Shown: positions 49,101 to 62,400, numbered from the stretch's first letter. The stretch: DNA of 64,000 nt from Owenia fusiformis (GCA_903813345.2 CAIIXF020000001.1:48422001-48486000), one strand, 5' to 3'. Numbers and translations: made by a program. Notes: a model not told the origin generated them from the letters alone.

Positions 49101-49575
49101 TGAAAATATCATAGGGTCATTAACAGAAAAATTTGAAGTTAAAAACAACAAGAAGTCTATTGTTCTTTTACAATAACATCATTAAATCCATATTACAACA
49201 TTTGATTCAAGACTTCTTAAGATTACCAAATTTCTGTAAATGACCCCCAATTTGTGCTCTTGAACTTAATAGTTAATAACTTTGGAGAAAGAAAGATAGA
49301 TAACTCCATGTCTTATTTTTGAGCTGTGACTAATGGTTTCTGAATGAAGGGAAGGTAGTGTTCAATATTGTTTCTTTGTATATCAGATCAACATCATGGG
49401 GGTTTCCAAATGACAAGTCGGTTGTTTTCTTCGATGTTTCTTTTCTATTACACTGGTCAGTATCAAGCCAAGGTAACAGCCATTACCTTGGCATTTAAGA
49501 TGGTGGGCAATAATTGTCAATTGAGATATTTTTAGTTTTCATCAAAAGTATGATCATTCATGATCACCACCAGAC

Positions 49576-49934
49576 TACCCTTTGCATTCGTTTGACTTCA
49601 CTACTTAAAAGAGAGCTTCGTCTTCACTCTTTCAATCTAAAATAAACCTGTGAACTCACCGCGCCAATCAGTGTTCGTCGGCCAAATTTGACCGACGTTC
49701 TTTATATGGTCATTCCTTCTAACGTCATCGTTGAGCCCGGAATTGACCAATGGCATGCGCATATTTAATTAGAACGTATTTGGCGTATGTTTCTTCAAGC
49801 TCGCTGATTGGCGCGTAGGTCAAAAGTGATTTACCCAAACTGTCACCGGTACCGTCGTGGGGGCGGGGCTACTAAACTGTAATATGGTCTCTACTAGGCA
49901 GAGTGTAGTTTAACTAGACTCTGCACGCAGGGTA
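49576..49934 (-). mobile_element. MITE family A, full-length, opposite orientation
   Basis: Near-identical reverse complement of 45781-46151; perfect TSD CCACCAGAC. Confidence 0.85.
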
Positions 49935-51365
49935 CCACCAGACCAGCTCTCCATGCATTACAAACTCTCATAACGTTACATCATCACCACATATCAGATA
50001 AATTATCATCCATAGGCGCCCATCCATTAAACCAAAATCCCAGTTACATTCTCTTAAGCAGTGGGAGGTGTCATGGGAGTGTGGTGCCTACGTCATGGTA
50101 TATATGAACAAACCATCATACTCCAGAGTTTCCATGTCATAAAAGCCTGATCTAGTTCAAATATCAAACCATAATTTGAACTATAAAGTAGTTTAATTTG
50201 ATGAAAACTTAGAATATTGAAAGCGACACTTTCTGTCTACTATCTTAAATGCGAAGGTAGCGGGCATTACCTTTGCTTGATACTGACCAGTATACTGGTG
50301 TTTCATAAATACTTTTTGGTCTTTACCCTTATTGCACATATGCTTACACATCCACTTGAAATGACTTACCTAGCCCTGGCCTGGAATCATGTGAATGGCA
50401 ATTTTGATGTATAATTCTTTAAGCTTAATGGAGAGCAAGCTCATCCTTTAAGAGGGATCAAAGCTTTAAACCCTAAACTAAATATGTCTATGTATTTATA
50501 TTCAATTTGTGATCAAATGACTGACATACGTAGGATATTATGAAAACATCCTATATGCTTGATTAGCTAAATTAAGATTTCATTCTCATTAATATGTCTG
50601 CATTTATATGCTGGTCAGCAAATATCAAGAAACATTTACATTATCATCTATTTTAAACATGTTCTTCTTTATAGCATCAGTTTAGTGTTAAAAAACCTAC
50701 ACTGAAGTCCATACTTCAAATAAAGACACAAATCCCAGCCCAGAAGACAAATCAAACTGAACCGTATTATGGACTAATTTATACGAGCCTCAGTTCTAAA
50801 TCTCAAGATGATACTGGAGGGCACATAGTACATGATGCTGCATAGCTAAATATAATGATTGTTAAATAAGGCTATTAAGCATCAATACAACTTCTTATTA
50901 ACTGACTTAACAAGTACGTTTGGTTAATGCTTTGAAGCTGTAATCAAACAATGGGACTTGAAGCTAAACAGTTTGAAACTTTTGCTAAGCTGTGATCTCT
51001 TGAACATACAAGTTAAATAAGTTACATCAACAATATAGTCAACTTGGAGTTCCTTATTTATTGTATAAATTCAATGGCAAAACAAACCTCAGAGGTAATT
51101 CTACTCTTTGGCTTTAGTATATGATATGTCTTCTCAAAATATGTAGCCCTATTGCTTGGATTATTATTCAAATGATATATGAGATTTTCTTGTTTAGTTG
51201 ACATTAATATCTGCATTACAAGTTATATCTATCCCTTGGTACTAAGACTTGCAAAAATTTATCCAGAAAACTTCATATCTTTGTTATACTAAATGAAAGG
51301 TTTCTTGAACACCTATTCCCCCAGTTCAAGTTTTTAACGATATTATCTCTGTTCTTTTCATATTA

Positions 51366-51899
51366 CAGGGGTTTCATTAGCAGTAGGAAACAGGCGATTT
51401 TCACCCGTTGTTTTCACAAAATCACCTGTTATTTTTAGGGACTTTTCCATGTTAAAGGTGCAATAATTAGTGCAGAGGGGTCATTCAACGATCATGGACC
51501 AGTGTCAAAATATATTTAAGTTTGGATATTTCATCAAGACTAAGATCTATTTTTATTATCTACAAAGAAACCCCATAGATAAACATCATTTTAGCTGATA
51601 TTCCTCTTGAAACATGGTGGATCTTAAAAATATAAAAGTGGAAGTCCCCTTTTTGAAGCTTTGAACTGAATTTACACTTCTTAATGCTGAAATTGATAAT
51701 TTATCCATACATTTTAAGAAAAGAGGTATGTCAAAGAAGATGTTAAACCAAATGTTGCCTTGATAGCTCAGAAAAAATGAAAAAACTTTCCTACTTTCTC
51801 TACAGTTCTTATTGCCCCTTTAAATTTATGATTTCCATTAGCTTTGCCTGTTGTTTTCATTCATTTAGCCTATTGTGAGAAATTCTAGTGAAACCCCTA
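51366..51899. mobile_element. MITE (CAGGGG termini, 5-bp TSD TATTA)
   Basis: CAGGGGTTTCATTAG...CTAGTGAAACCCCTA flanked by TATTA. Confidence 0.65.
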
Positions 51900-51914
51900 T
51901 ATTATATCTTGAAG

Positions 51915-52012
51915 CACCCTCCGAACACAGGCCTCCAGAACTCGTACCTCCTTCTTCTGGAAGAAGGAAGGAACTTTGTGGATGATGTCTGGAACCCTGC
52001 GTTCGGAGGATG
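51915..52012. mobile_element. MITE family B, 9-bp TSD (Mutator-like)
   Basis: Perfect TSD ATCTTGAAG on both sides. Confidence 0.8.
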
Positions 52013-52131
52013 ATCTTGAAGTCTTCGCTACAGTTTCATATCAGAGGAGTACTCTGGCTGACTTATCTATACATAATCTTTTACATACAAGAACTGAGCA
52101 CAGGGGGACTGCACATGCCAAAGACCCCTAC

Positions 52132-52961
52132 TACTACTTTTTTCAAGGCCTGACTTCGTTGCTAACATGCTAAATATAAGAGTTAGCTGACGTTTGGGAG
52201 TCTGACTTACCTTCTAAAGGTTAGAACCCGAATCTTAATGAAACCATATCACCTTTGTTGCGTCGATGATGATGCATAAACATAGCATTTGATAGAAATT
52301 AGTGTAACTGCTTTTCCGACTTTTTCATTTTTCATCAATGTTGACCTCCGGGAAGGCGTTGTAGTTATCACGAAATAACGCATTGACCCTTGAACTTTAC
52401 TTTGTTGACGTGTCAACCAAGCATGTCTGGTGTGAAAATTAAAAGAATATTAAGCAATGTTCTACATCCGCCAAGCTACGTGAAGTAGTCAATATTTAAA
52501 ATTACCAATTTCAAGTGAAGTATGCAACGAACGAAACTGCGTGATCTACACTCCCACTATTGGTCTGAATGAAATGCTACGTAGAAATATGAGCCGTCTG
52601 CTGTATTAGTCGATTAATAGAGTAAGACCTGTTGGTGATGCTTTATAATTTAGACCAAAACATTGAAGAACAAACGAACCTGTAAATCGTGAAAACAACG
52701 AACAAATATTCGGTTTTCACATATGTTCGGTAATTTTTCGTATTGAAACTTCCGGAACTTACAAGGAAATCATTCATTTTCTCGGTCCATGATTTACCTC
52801 TTGGATGTTGTGGCAAATGCTCCATGGTTGACGGAACAAAGGTGATATGGTTTCATTAAGATTCGGGTTCTAACTTTAGAAGGTAAGTCAGACTCCCAAA
52901 CGTCAGCTAACTCTTATATTTAGCATGTTAGCGACGAAGTCAGGCCTTGAAAAAAGTAGTA
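52132..52961. mobile_element. MITE with near-perfect 128-bp TIRs
   Basis: 52132-52259 is reverse-complementary to 52836-52961; CTAC on both flanks (possible 4-bp TSD). Confidence 0.85.
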
Positions 52962-53581
52962 CTACATTTCAACGTTTGCATTTGACCAAAGATTGTTGAA
53001 TCTATAGAAGATTCCAGATGTGCTTAGATCCCATTATTTAACAATTATGGGATGATGGGGCCGGATGCTAGTCAGTAGAGGTGGAATTGTGAATCTCTAA
53101 CAAATGTACACTTGAAATCATGGTGTTATATAAGTTTTCTAGCTGCTACAATAAACAATCAATGAACATATTAAACCAATTTATTGCCCAAAAAGTGTGT
53201 ATTATAAAATTCTGGATTCTCTAGAGGCTGTGTGATTGCTCATCTTACTAAGATTCTTAGCATAAACTGGAATAACCTTGTGATAAAAGCCCATGGATAA
53301 ATGTAACTTCAAAAAATTCATGAACTCTAATTAAAAAAGTCATATTGTTGGAATAACATGGTGAAATATAATATGTTCCATTATGTTGAAAACCCATGCA
53401 TATACATAGTACCACAAAGTCGATTTTGTAGTAAACCACAAAACAACACACCTGGACAAAAGGATAAAAATCAGTTCAAATAAGTTTCAAAATTCAAAAC
53501 TTTCAAGTCAACTTGTTCAGTCATTCTGCCACTGATTTTAACAATTAATACGACAAATTTTAGAAAATATATTTAACTTAC

Positions 53582-54243
53582 GTTATTCAATCTCTTTTAT
53601 CCGTATATGCGTGTATTCATAGTAGTTTACTAAGAACTTTTGATGAGACGATTTGAACTGTTTGTTTTCAATCCGCCATTTTAATTAAGTCACGTGACTT
53701 ACATTGGCAGGTGCGAGTTTCTTTAATTGTCAAAAGATGGCATGCACGTTAAAGAGCATGGACAGTCCATAGAAAAAGATTTGAAGTAAAATGCTAAGAG
53801 TGAGAGGGGCATGTATTATGCAAGGACTTACTACCTGCTGATCAAATTTAGGCCTACTCAGATATCTAGATAAAATCAATCACTTTGACTAAGTTTTTTG
53901 TAGACCGAACCAGGGCTGAACCTTGGAATAAAATAAGCATCCAATCCCATGTTTACTCAGTTCTAATGTCTTCATATTTTTTATGTAATCATTTTCTTGT
54001 TATTCGATTCTTATAATACTAGACGAAGCGGACAAAAACAGACCAAATGTGAAATATTTCCTAAAATTCCGAACAAATTTATGTATGGTCGTTCGCATAA
54101 TCACTGTAATCAATTAAGTTTCCGGTTCCGGATCAGCAAATTTTTATATTTGGGTTCTCTGACGCTTTTTGTGGTTTTCAACAGTATTTCGGAAGTGCTG
54201 CGATCAACCAATTCATACAATCCACGACTGACAGCATATAAAG
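53582..54243. promoter_or_regulatory. Putative bidirectional promoter with divergent non-coding first exons (LAP gene minus, LPP/zyxin gene plus)
   Basis: Minus-strand donor AAC|gtaagt at 53582; YY1 motif CCGCCATTTT 53673-53682; E-box GTCACGTGAC 53689-53698; ETS-like TTCCGG/CGGAAGT at about 54120 and 54190; plus-strand donor AAG|gtaata at 54243. Confidence 0.5.
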
Positions 54244-56377
54244 GTAATAAACAACCTTATTTTTGATCATATATGATATTAAAATAACGTCCTCAGCCAG
54301 GCTAGGGGGGAATTTCCCAAAGATCACCTTTCATATTGGCACGTTCGATAACCAATTTTATAAATAGGCCTCATATGCAATTGAAATTGATCTCTCAATG
54401 TTCGCTTGTGTTTATGAGTATTCTCTGAAAGTTTGGATCGAGTAACTTCAATAGTATTACCGTAGTTTTGAAATGATGATGTTAAACTGATGTTAAACTG
54501 AAATAAAGGCCATTTCAACGATTTCAAAATTTTACTTGGCACATGCGCGGCACTGAGAAATCATGTGCTCATGATTGTTCGTGTGATCACACCCTGCAAT
54601 TTGATTGGAGATATGGGGAATCCCCGAATCGGATAGAATATGAAAGAAGTGAGCGACTCACTTCTTCAGGTTCTACAGCAGGAAATATTTAGACCCTGAT
54701 TTTGCCTACTCCTCCCCCATGTATGATCAGATATATCCTATCAGTAAAGTACGACTAAAGATTCCTATTTTCATCACAACATACATTTCTAAAAGGTTTC
54801 TGACCCCCTTTTCCTTGTTTGTATCCAGTTTTATGTATTTTCTAGAGTTTTACCACAACAAAAATATAAAATTATAAAAACCCGGTGACATCTTAGACTG
54901 TGACAGTCTTAAAAGTTTTAAATCATCATACTATGCCTATGTCAATAACAGCAATTATTGTGTTTTTAATATAGATCTACTTCTTATCCACAGCACTCAA
55001 CTCATTAATTATGCGTCCATTAATTATGCGTACCACGGAAGTTAACAGGAAATGACAAAACAAAAAGTGACAAAACCATGCTGGATTTTGAAATTTTTCG
55101 AACCAAGATAACAGAGTTCTGTTTTGACCTCCAGTCAGTTTAACTAGTTCCACATATCATTTACATGACTGGGAACAAAATGGAAATGGTCAGAATGACC
55201 ATAAACATGATGAAATAACCTTTTCAGCCATGGGCATGGGCAATTTATTTATTGTAATAAATAAATCGTATAACATGTATCATGTTTATTTCGCTAATTT
55301 TCAGTTTTTTGAAATTTCGCGGCTATTAATTTCCGCAGATTTGTCATACAAGATCACTCTTTTAACTTTGATATCAGCCATGGTTGTTCCTTCACCCAAT
55401 AATTTTGGCTTCTTATTAAGCCTTTTAGTTAAAATGTCCATTTTAATACATTAATAATGATTTCTCTTCTAATTTCTCTTTTCAAAACTCAAAATGTCAC
55501 GTTTTTACCTATAATCGCCCAGCACTAGATGAAAGTATTGTCAACATTGAAATCCCGGGGAATTTCCTTGGAATTTTGCGACTATCAAATTTCGCGAATT
55601 AGAACTGGAGGAATGTTGTGGCTATTATATTTCGCGAATTTTCCAAAACTCGCGAAAAGCGCAAAATACATGTAAGTGTTTTTCAGATTCTTGTTCTTCA
55701 ATGTTTTACAGTGTACTTGTATTAAGATCCTAGCTTCTGAAACTGGTTAGATAATTTTGTTTGCATAGTTATTTAAGAAATTACAACTTTGGGTGGTTCT
55801 GTTTATTTGGCTCACTTTATAAGGAGTTTATGTCATATTACAGAGATTTCGCAACACACTTATAGCATGTTTATAAATTCCTGTTTATAATTTGGTAATG
55901 GATGTGTACTTCATCATCATTTGTTGCGCAGCTTTATCCATTTATAATGAGCCATCGCTATTAAAAAGTTGTTTATAAGTGAGTAAATATTTACCGTTCT
56001 CATTTAGACTTAGTTTTTATAAGAGAATTATAGAGATATTTGGCATGAAGTCATATTACTGTCCTATCCACCTTATAAACAAGGAATTTAGTGGCGAAAA
56101 TAATTCATTGGTGTGAAGAACATTAAAACTGATCGATGAAGTATACCTGTACATTTCTATATGTATAAGTACATCTTTTTGCGATTACCAAATTTCAATT
56201 CACTTATATTTAAAACATATAGCTACATGTATATATGCATAAACATAAGATGTGCTATCACTTACTTGTACTCTAATGTTATGTTCAATACTTTTTCTAT
56301 GAATTGTAATTTAAAACACTACATTTTTAGGCAAATACTAATTGGAGAAGTTGAATTCTAACCAATCAAGAATCAAA

Positions 56378-56483
56378 ATGTCTGGCCATCCACATGATCA
56401 CCAGGGTCTGAGAGACCGTGAGAATTCCCCATCGAGGCAGCATTATGTTACACCTTCCTTCACAGCGCAGCAGTACAAAAAAG
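56378..56483 (+). CDS. LPP: LPP/zyxin first coding exon (acceptor at 56331)
   Basis: [10 protein letters not shown]...TAQQYKK G|gtagtt; phase 1 fits the next exon. Confidence 0.7.
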
Positions 56484-59400
56484 GTAGTTTCAATTAACCC
56501 TATTATATGGAAGAGGTGTATAGTTAAATTAAATTAAATTAACAATCATATCTATATCTGTCAATATCAAACCTCTACTGTTTTGCCTGTAAACATTTAG
56601 CAGTGTCCAATCGTGATTAATCAAAGAAACTAGACATGGGTCCTTAATGGATTCCCAGCATCAAAGCACAACACCCACTTGAGATTGAAAACAGACTTGC
56701 ACCAACCTGACAGTCATTATCTACCTGATTGTAATTGCAAATAAGAGACAAATAAAAAGCATGGCATAATCATGAAGTCATTTCTGTCTGAATTGTGGAA
56801 ATTAGAATCTTGCACATAACCTGTAGCCTTGCCCAAGTCGGTCTCTTTTACTTATCTTGATTTCTATTATGACCACCTTGTACCAATGAGAAAACCACAT
56901 GCTTTACCGACCCAATGTTTATGTCAGTAAATTTGACCAATCAACGACGGCCCTGCAGCTCATTGTTATGCACAGTCAAAACAAATACACTTCACAAACA
57001 AATCTTGCACAATTCATTATGAAAATACAAATATTTTACCAGATAAATATCATATCAGAGTTTAGTGGATGCGGCAGCATTGGCAGGATACCCGGAGGTG
57101 AGAAGATTTCAACAAGAAACGTTGAAAAGATTGCTGAAATAATCAAACATGATAGTTACGATCTACGAAACGGGTAGTTTGCTTTGTTTAGGCAGGTAAA
57201 CCTGATAACGTTTTGATTGGTCAATCAGTCTGAAGTCACACATCATGTCCATGCCATCTTGCCTATCAATACAGTTTCGCGATACCCCCGACAGTGTAGG
57301 TATTATGGAAACCTTGAAACCACTGAATAACATATCATCATAATATCAGCAATGATCCATTAGATTGTACAAGGCGGTAATAATTCAAGATCTGGTAAGT
57401 AAAATAATACACAAATACATAATATGGGCAAGGCTACATGTACATAACCTGTTAATGATAATGTTGTTAATGTTCATTCAGTCAATATGTACACGTAGTG
57501 GACATTCATTGATGGGGTATCAGTTTCTGTTTGAGTTATCTTCATAGTTGTTCTGATTCTATATTTATTTTAGTTGGCCTTCCAACATACAAGCCAGTTA
57601 TTTACCCAAACCCTGCAGATCTTGAAGATGATCTCCCCCCTCCCCCACCTGCTGAACCAGAGGCTTCTAACCAGTGTAAGTAAACCAACATTTGAGATAT
57701 GGTGAAATCAATAATGTACATAGTTCTTGTGTAAACTAAAACTTATTAATCAGGCTTTACCTGAATGGAGTTGAAATACTACACCTAATATTTTTAAAAA
57801 ACTGATCCGAATAAATAAAAATAAAAACATGTGGAATGATAACCCAAAAATGTTTTACTTACCACCATTATTATAAAAGTATTTTGATTAACTACTCTTC
57901 ATATTGATATTCATGTCGAATTTCAATCTAAAAATATGAATTTTTCATGACTTGATTGGTTAATCATAGTCGTGTTTGTGATCATGTCCAAATTTTTGAG
58001 AAAAAAAACACTTTGTGGTACATCAAGTTCTACAAAGCTGATCTTGAATATCTTTTTATCCCATCGAACGAAGTTCGGAGGGATATAGGGAACGCCTCCG
58101 TCCGTCCGTCCGTCCCTACGCCTACGTACGTCCGTCCGTACGTCCGTACGTACGTCCGTCCGTACGTCCATCCGTCCGTCCGTCTGTCTGTCTGTCCGTC
58201 CGTCCGTCCGGGCAATAACTCAAATACCGTTGGCTCGATTTTGTTCATATTTTGTACACATATACCCTATGGGGATAGAAGTTCTGCTCGAAAGCCGATT
58301 TTCAAAATGGCCGCTCATTTCAAAATGGCGGCCATTTTAGTGCCGATTTTACAGTAATTTAGGTGCAATATGTAAAACTGTAATAGCAATATGTTTTAAA
58401 TGTAAAAAAATTACAAAGGACATTAATAATGCTACAAATGTAGATATTAAAGAAGCTCATGGCAGCCATCTTGAAAAATGGCGGCCTTTACTCGTTATTT
58501 TACGATTTTTGCTGTAACTCAAAAAATAGTGGAGCGATTTTGTTCATATTTGGTATGTGAATATTATAAGCATTGCACACTGTCTAAAGACACTTTTGGT
58601 AGAAGGTGGCCATTTTGAAAAAAAATTGAAAAATGGCCGCCATTTTAACATATTTTACTATAACTAGAAAAGTAGTGGAGTGATTTTGTTCATATTTGGT
58701 ATTTGAATACTATAAGCATGGCACACTGTCCTATGACACTTTGGGTAGAAGGTGGCCATTATGAAAAATTTTTGAAAAATGGCCGCCATTCTAACGTATT
58801 TTACTATAACTCGAAAAGTAGTAGAGCGATTTTGTTCATATTTGGTATGTGAATACAATAAGCATGGCACACTGTCTATTTCTAATGACACTTTTGGTAG
58901 AAGGTGGCCATTTTGAAAAATGGCCCACATTTTAACGTATTTTACTATAACTCGAAAAGTAGTGGAGCGATTTTGTTCATATTTGATATGTGAATGCTTT
59001 AAGCATGGCACATTGTCTTATTAAACTTTGGGGAGTAGTTGGCCATTTCGAAAAATGGCCACCATTTTTATGTGTGTTATTTTACAAGTATGTGTATGAT
59101 TTTTCAAAAATTTTAGAGGTGGCTACTTAAAAGCATATTATTTCTTCTGATGACAACTTGGCTAGTGAGCAACCATTTTGAAAATGGTGGCCTTTCTGGT
59201 GTGTTGTTTTATGATATTTGCTATTCGTTTGTAAAAATGCCAGCCATTTCTGTTCGATGGGATTCGCTACGCTTTGGCGTTGCCGTTGTTCTGGTTTGTA
59301 CTGTGGCCATCTGGAATTTCAATTCCATATTGGATGATTTTAAATTTTTCCTGTTGCCATTGCAGCTTATGCTTACCAGCCATCATCCTCCAGTATCCCC

Positions 59401-62400
59401 AGTGCTAGTTCATACTCTAACGCCACATATGCCAGTGTTCAATACAATCCAACAAGTAGCCCTTCAACAGGCTTCCAAATGAGTTACCAACCAGAGCCCG
59501 CTACTGCCAAGCTATACTCTTCTCCAAATAAGGCACAGTTTGCCACGACATCTAGTCGCCCTGCTGTTCCGCCCGTCAGTACAGGAGCAAGTGGGACTTC
59601 TGGGAGAAATTACGAGAATGTAGATGACAGGAATTTTTCGTTGCCCAATAGGAGTTATTATACACCACCAGCTGGTGTCTCAGATGATCAATCTTACAGA
59701 TCTCCCCAGCAACCTGAGTAAGTAGAAGGTTAAGCCGTCATATAAACTTTTTGTGACGGCATTTGGTGATAGGCATCTGGAGTCAGCCTCGGTAACTAAT
59801 TGCAGGTGGTGACATATTGCATGTTAATGTCTTGTTTTTATTATTATTCATCATATTTTTGTCATATTGGTCAAACATCATGTATATTTTAAATGACAAT
59901 GTTTACTTCAGTTATCAGTACAGGGGACCTGGGCCCAGAAGTCCACCTGGAATCAACATTGTGCCCCCGACCCCTCCTGCCACCCAGCAACAACAGTTCA
60001 TGCCAAGCCCACCACCTGCTGCTCCAAAGACTGATCTGGATAAAGAAGCAGAAGTGGATGCATTGACTAACTTACTCCTCAAGAATATGGAATGTGCAAG
60101 TGACCCTGATTTCTATGGTGAGATTTAACTGCTTTAGTGCATATGTACTCATTCTAGGCTGCAAGGATTATCATCTCTCATTACCAAAATATGGCTTAAA
60201 GTTGAGCTATGGAAGATATTTTTCGCAGCAATTCATGTTTACATGTATTTTCATTGTGTCACGGCTTGTTATGAGGGCTTTATTTCACAGGGATGTTTAT
60301 GGGAAAGCAGTCTAAAAGAACACCCTTAGGTCACCGTGTCATTTTTATGTCACTACCAGATACATGTGACATCAGAATACATTCAGGATTAATATAAATC
60401 CTTATACCAATGGTTTATGGCTACAGATAAATCAGTGCACCTCAAGGCCCTACAATGACTTGTCAATTCGACAATTTGTGATTCTAGTTTAGCTTACCTG
60501 TATTTTTACTGAATGATAAGTGTTTTAGAGAATGAAAAATGTGATAAAGGTCACTGTGACTCAGTTTTCTATAAACAGTATTGGGCAACAGAACATTCAA
60601 TAGGTTCATCTGATTTTCTCCTTGGTTGAGAACAAATAAAATCCATTTCTTCTTTCTGAATCTAACAACTGCAACACAATGTAACACATGTATTTTCCAG
60701 GAAATTCTTAGACGTAATAACCCCACAGATGCTCACAAAAATCTCCTTTTAAATTAACTCAAATGTTGATAAAAATTTCTCAAATAATCTCATATTGGAT
60801 ACCCAAGATTGGTTTGAAAGGTGATTTTCCACAATTTGTTCTGTAGCTAAAATAATGAAGGATAGATTTTGTCAATTTTAGTCAGAGATGGCTTTTTAAA
60901 TTGCATTAGAGAATGACCAGATCAGCTTGACCTTCAATTCCTAACACATGTAATATGTTTGTTCCAAATATGGAAAGTGTAAAAATAGAGCTGTCAATCA
61001 AACCTTGGAATTTGTTGGAAGTGAACATTTATTTTTAGTTTGCTAATATAACATCCTGCCCATGTTTTTGTGGAAAGGTTAGATGATTTGAATTATTTTG
61101 TTATAAATTATTACTAATTGAATAAAGATTTTAAAAGTCATTGTGACCTAGTAAAGGTTGTGTGGCACTTTTAAGTTCAAATAAGCATATTTTATGATGA
61201 AAAGTGAAACAATTTTCTATTTGGATATTTTTCATTTGGAGATTTATAGGATATCCTATGATTTTGAGGAATATCATTTTTATCTACGAGGTGATATTGA
61301 TATCTGCACGAGAGAGCGAAGCGAACGAGTGCATATATCAATATCACCGAGTAGATTAAAATGATATTCTGAAAAAATCATAGGATGTTCTTATTATCCT
61401 ACACTTACAAGGAGTGTACTAAATGTATAATATCATTGCAAAATGAATTTCATGCCAAATAGAGTCAATTTGGCGGGAAATCAACAAGCGGAGTATATCG
61501 TCACAATATCCTCCGCATATTGGGTTTTCCGGAGTATATCGTCACGATATCCTCCGCCCGGAGTATATCGTGACGATATCCTCCGGATACTCATTTTGCC
61601 CATAAATATCAAATTTATTTTTTTAATGTTATTATACATTTAGTACACTAAGTGTAGGATAAGACTTATTATTTATGCCAAATGACAAGAGCATCATATC
61701 TGAAACTGCTTATCATAGGGTGGACACCAGAATTAAGTGTCTCCTTTCATGCATTTGTGGCATTATTGTGGCTATAATCTGCAGTCATTCCTTTTTACAC
61801 TATCTAATAAGTACAGCACAATGGCAACTGTATATTGTGAATATAGAATTTTCTTCTGATATATTATGCCATTGTATAGTACAACATTATACAGTGTCTT
61901 GTAATTACCAAATGGAACCTCTGATAAAGTATGCTCATATTTAAGGTTGTTGCACTTTGCCAAAATGAACAATAACGTGTCATTTTTAGGGGTATTGTAA
62001 ATGTTAAATCAAGACGAACCCATAAAATAATCCAATCCGTATCAAGACAATACACAAATTTAATTATGAATATTTTTTTTTTATTGTTGCTGTTCTTAAA
62101 ATACTGCAAAATATTTTCTTTTAGGTATGTGTGCCAAATGTCACACAGCAATTATGGGTGACACAAATGGATGTAAGGCACTGGGACAAGTCTACCATGT
62201 CAAGTGCTTCACATGTTTAACATGCAGTAGCCAGCTACAAGGCCAAGCCTTCTTTGCAATGGAAGGGAAACCATACTGTGAGACATGTTACATGGTACGT
62301 CTTACAATGTACATAGATTTTTGGGCATAGAGTGTCAAAATGTTATGTTTTCTCAAGTTTGTACCAATTAGATAAATGGAACTGTAAAAATGTAATTTTT

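Noticed and set aside
45781..49934. Composite 4.1-kb transposon bounded by two inverted copies
   Set aside because: Each copy has its own distinct 9-bp TSD, so they are independent insertions.
56899..57177. 92-aa ORF as an LPP exon
   Set aside because: No family similarity or phase-compatible splice sites; the flanking exons join correctly without it.
57923..58357. ORFs with TDVR/PSVR repeats
   Set aside because: They are translations of the (CGTC)n microsatellite in a HINE element.
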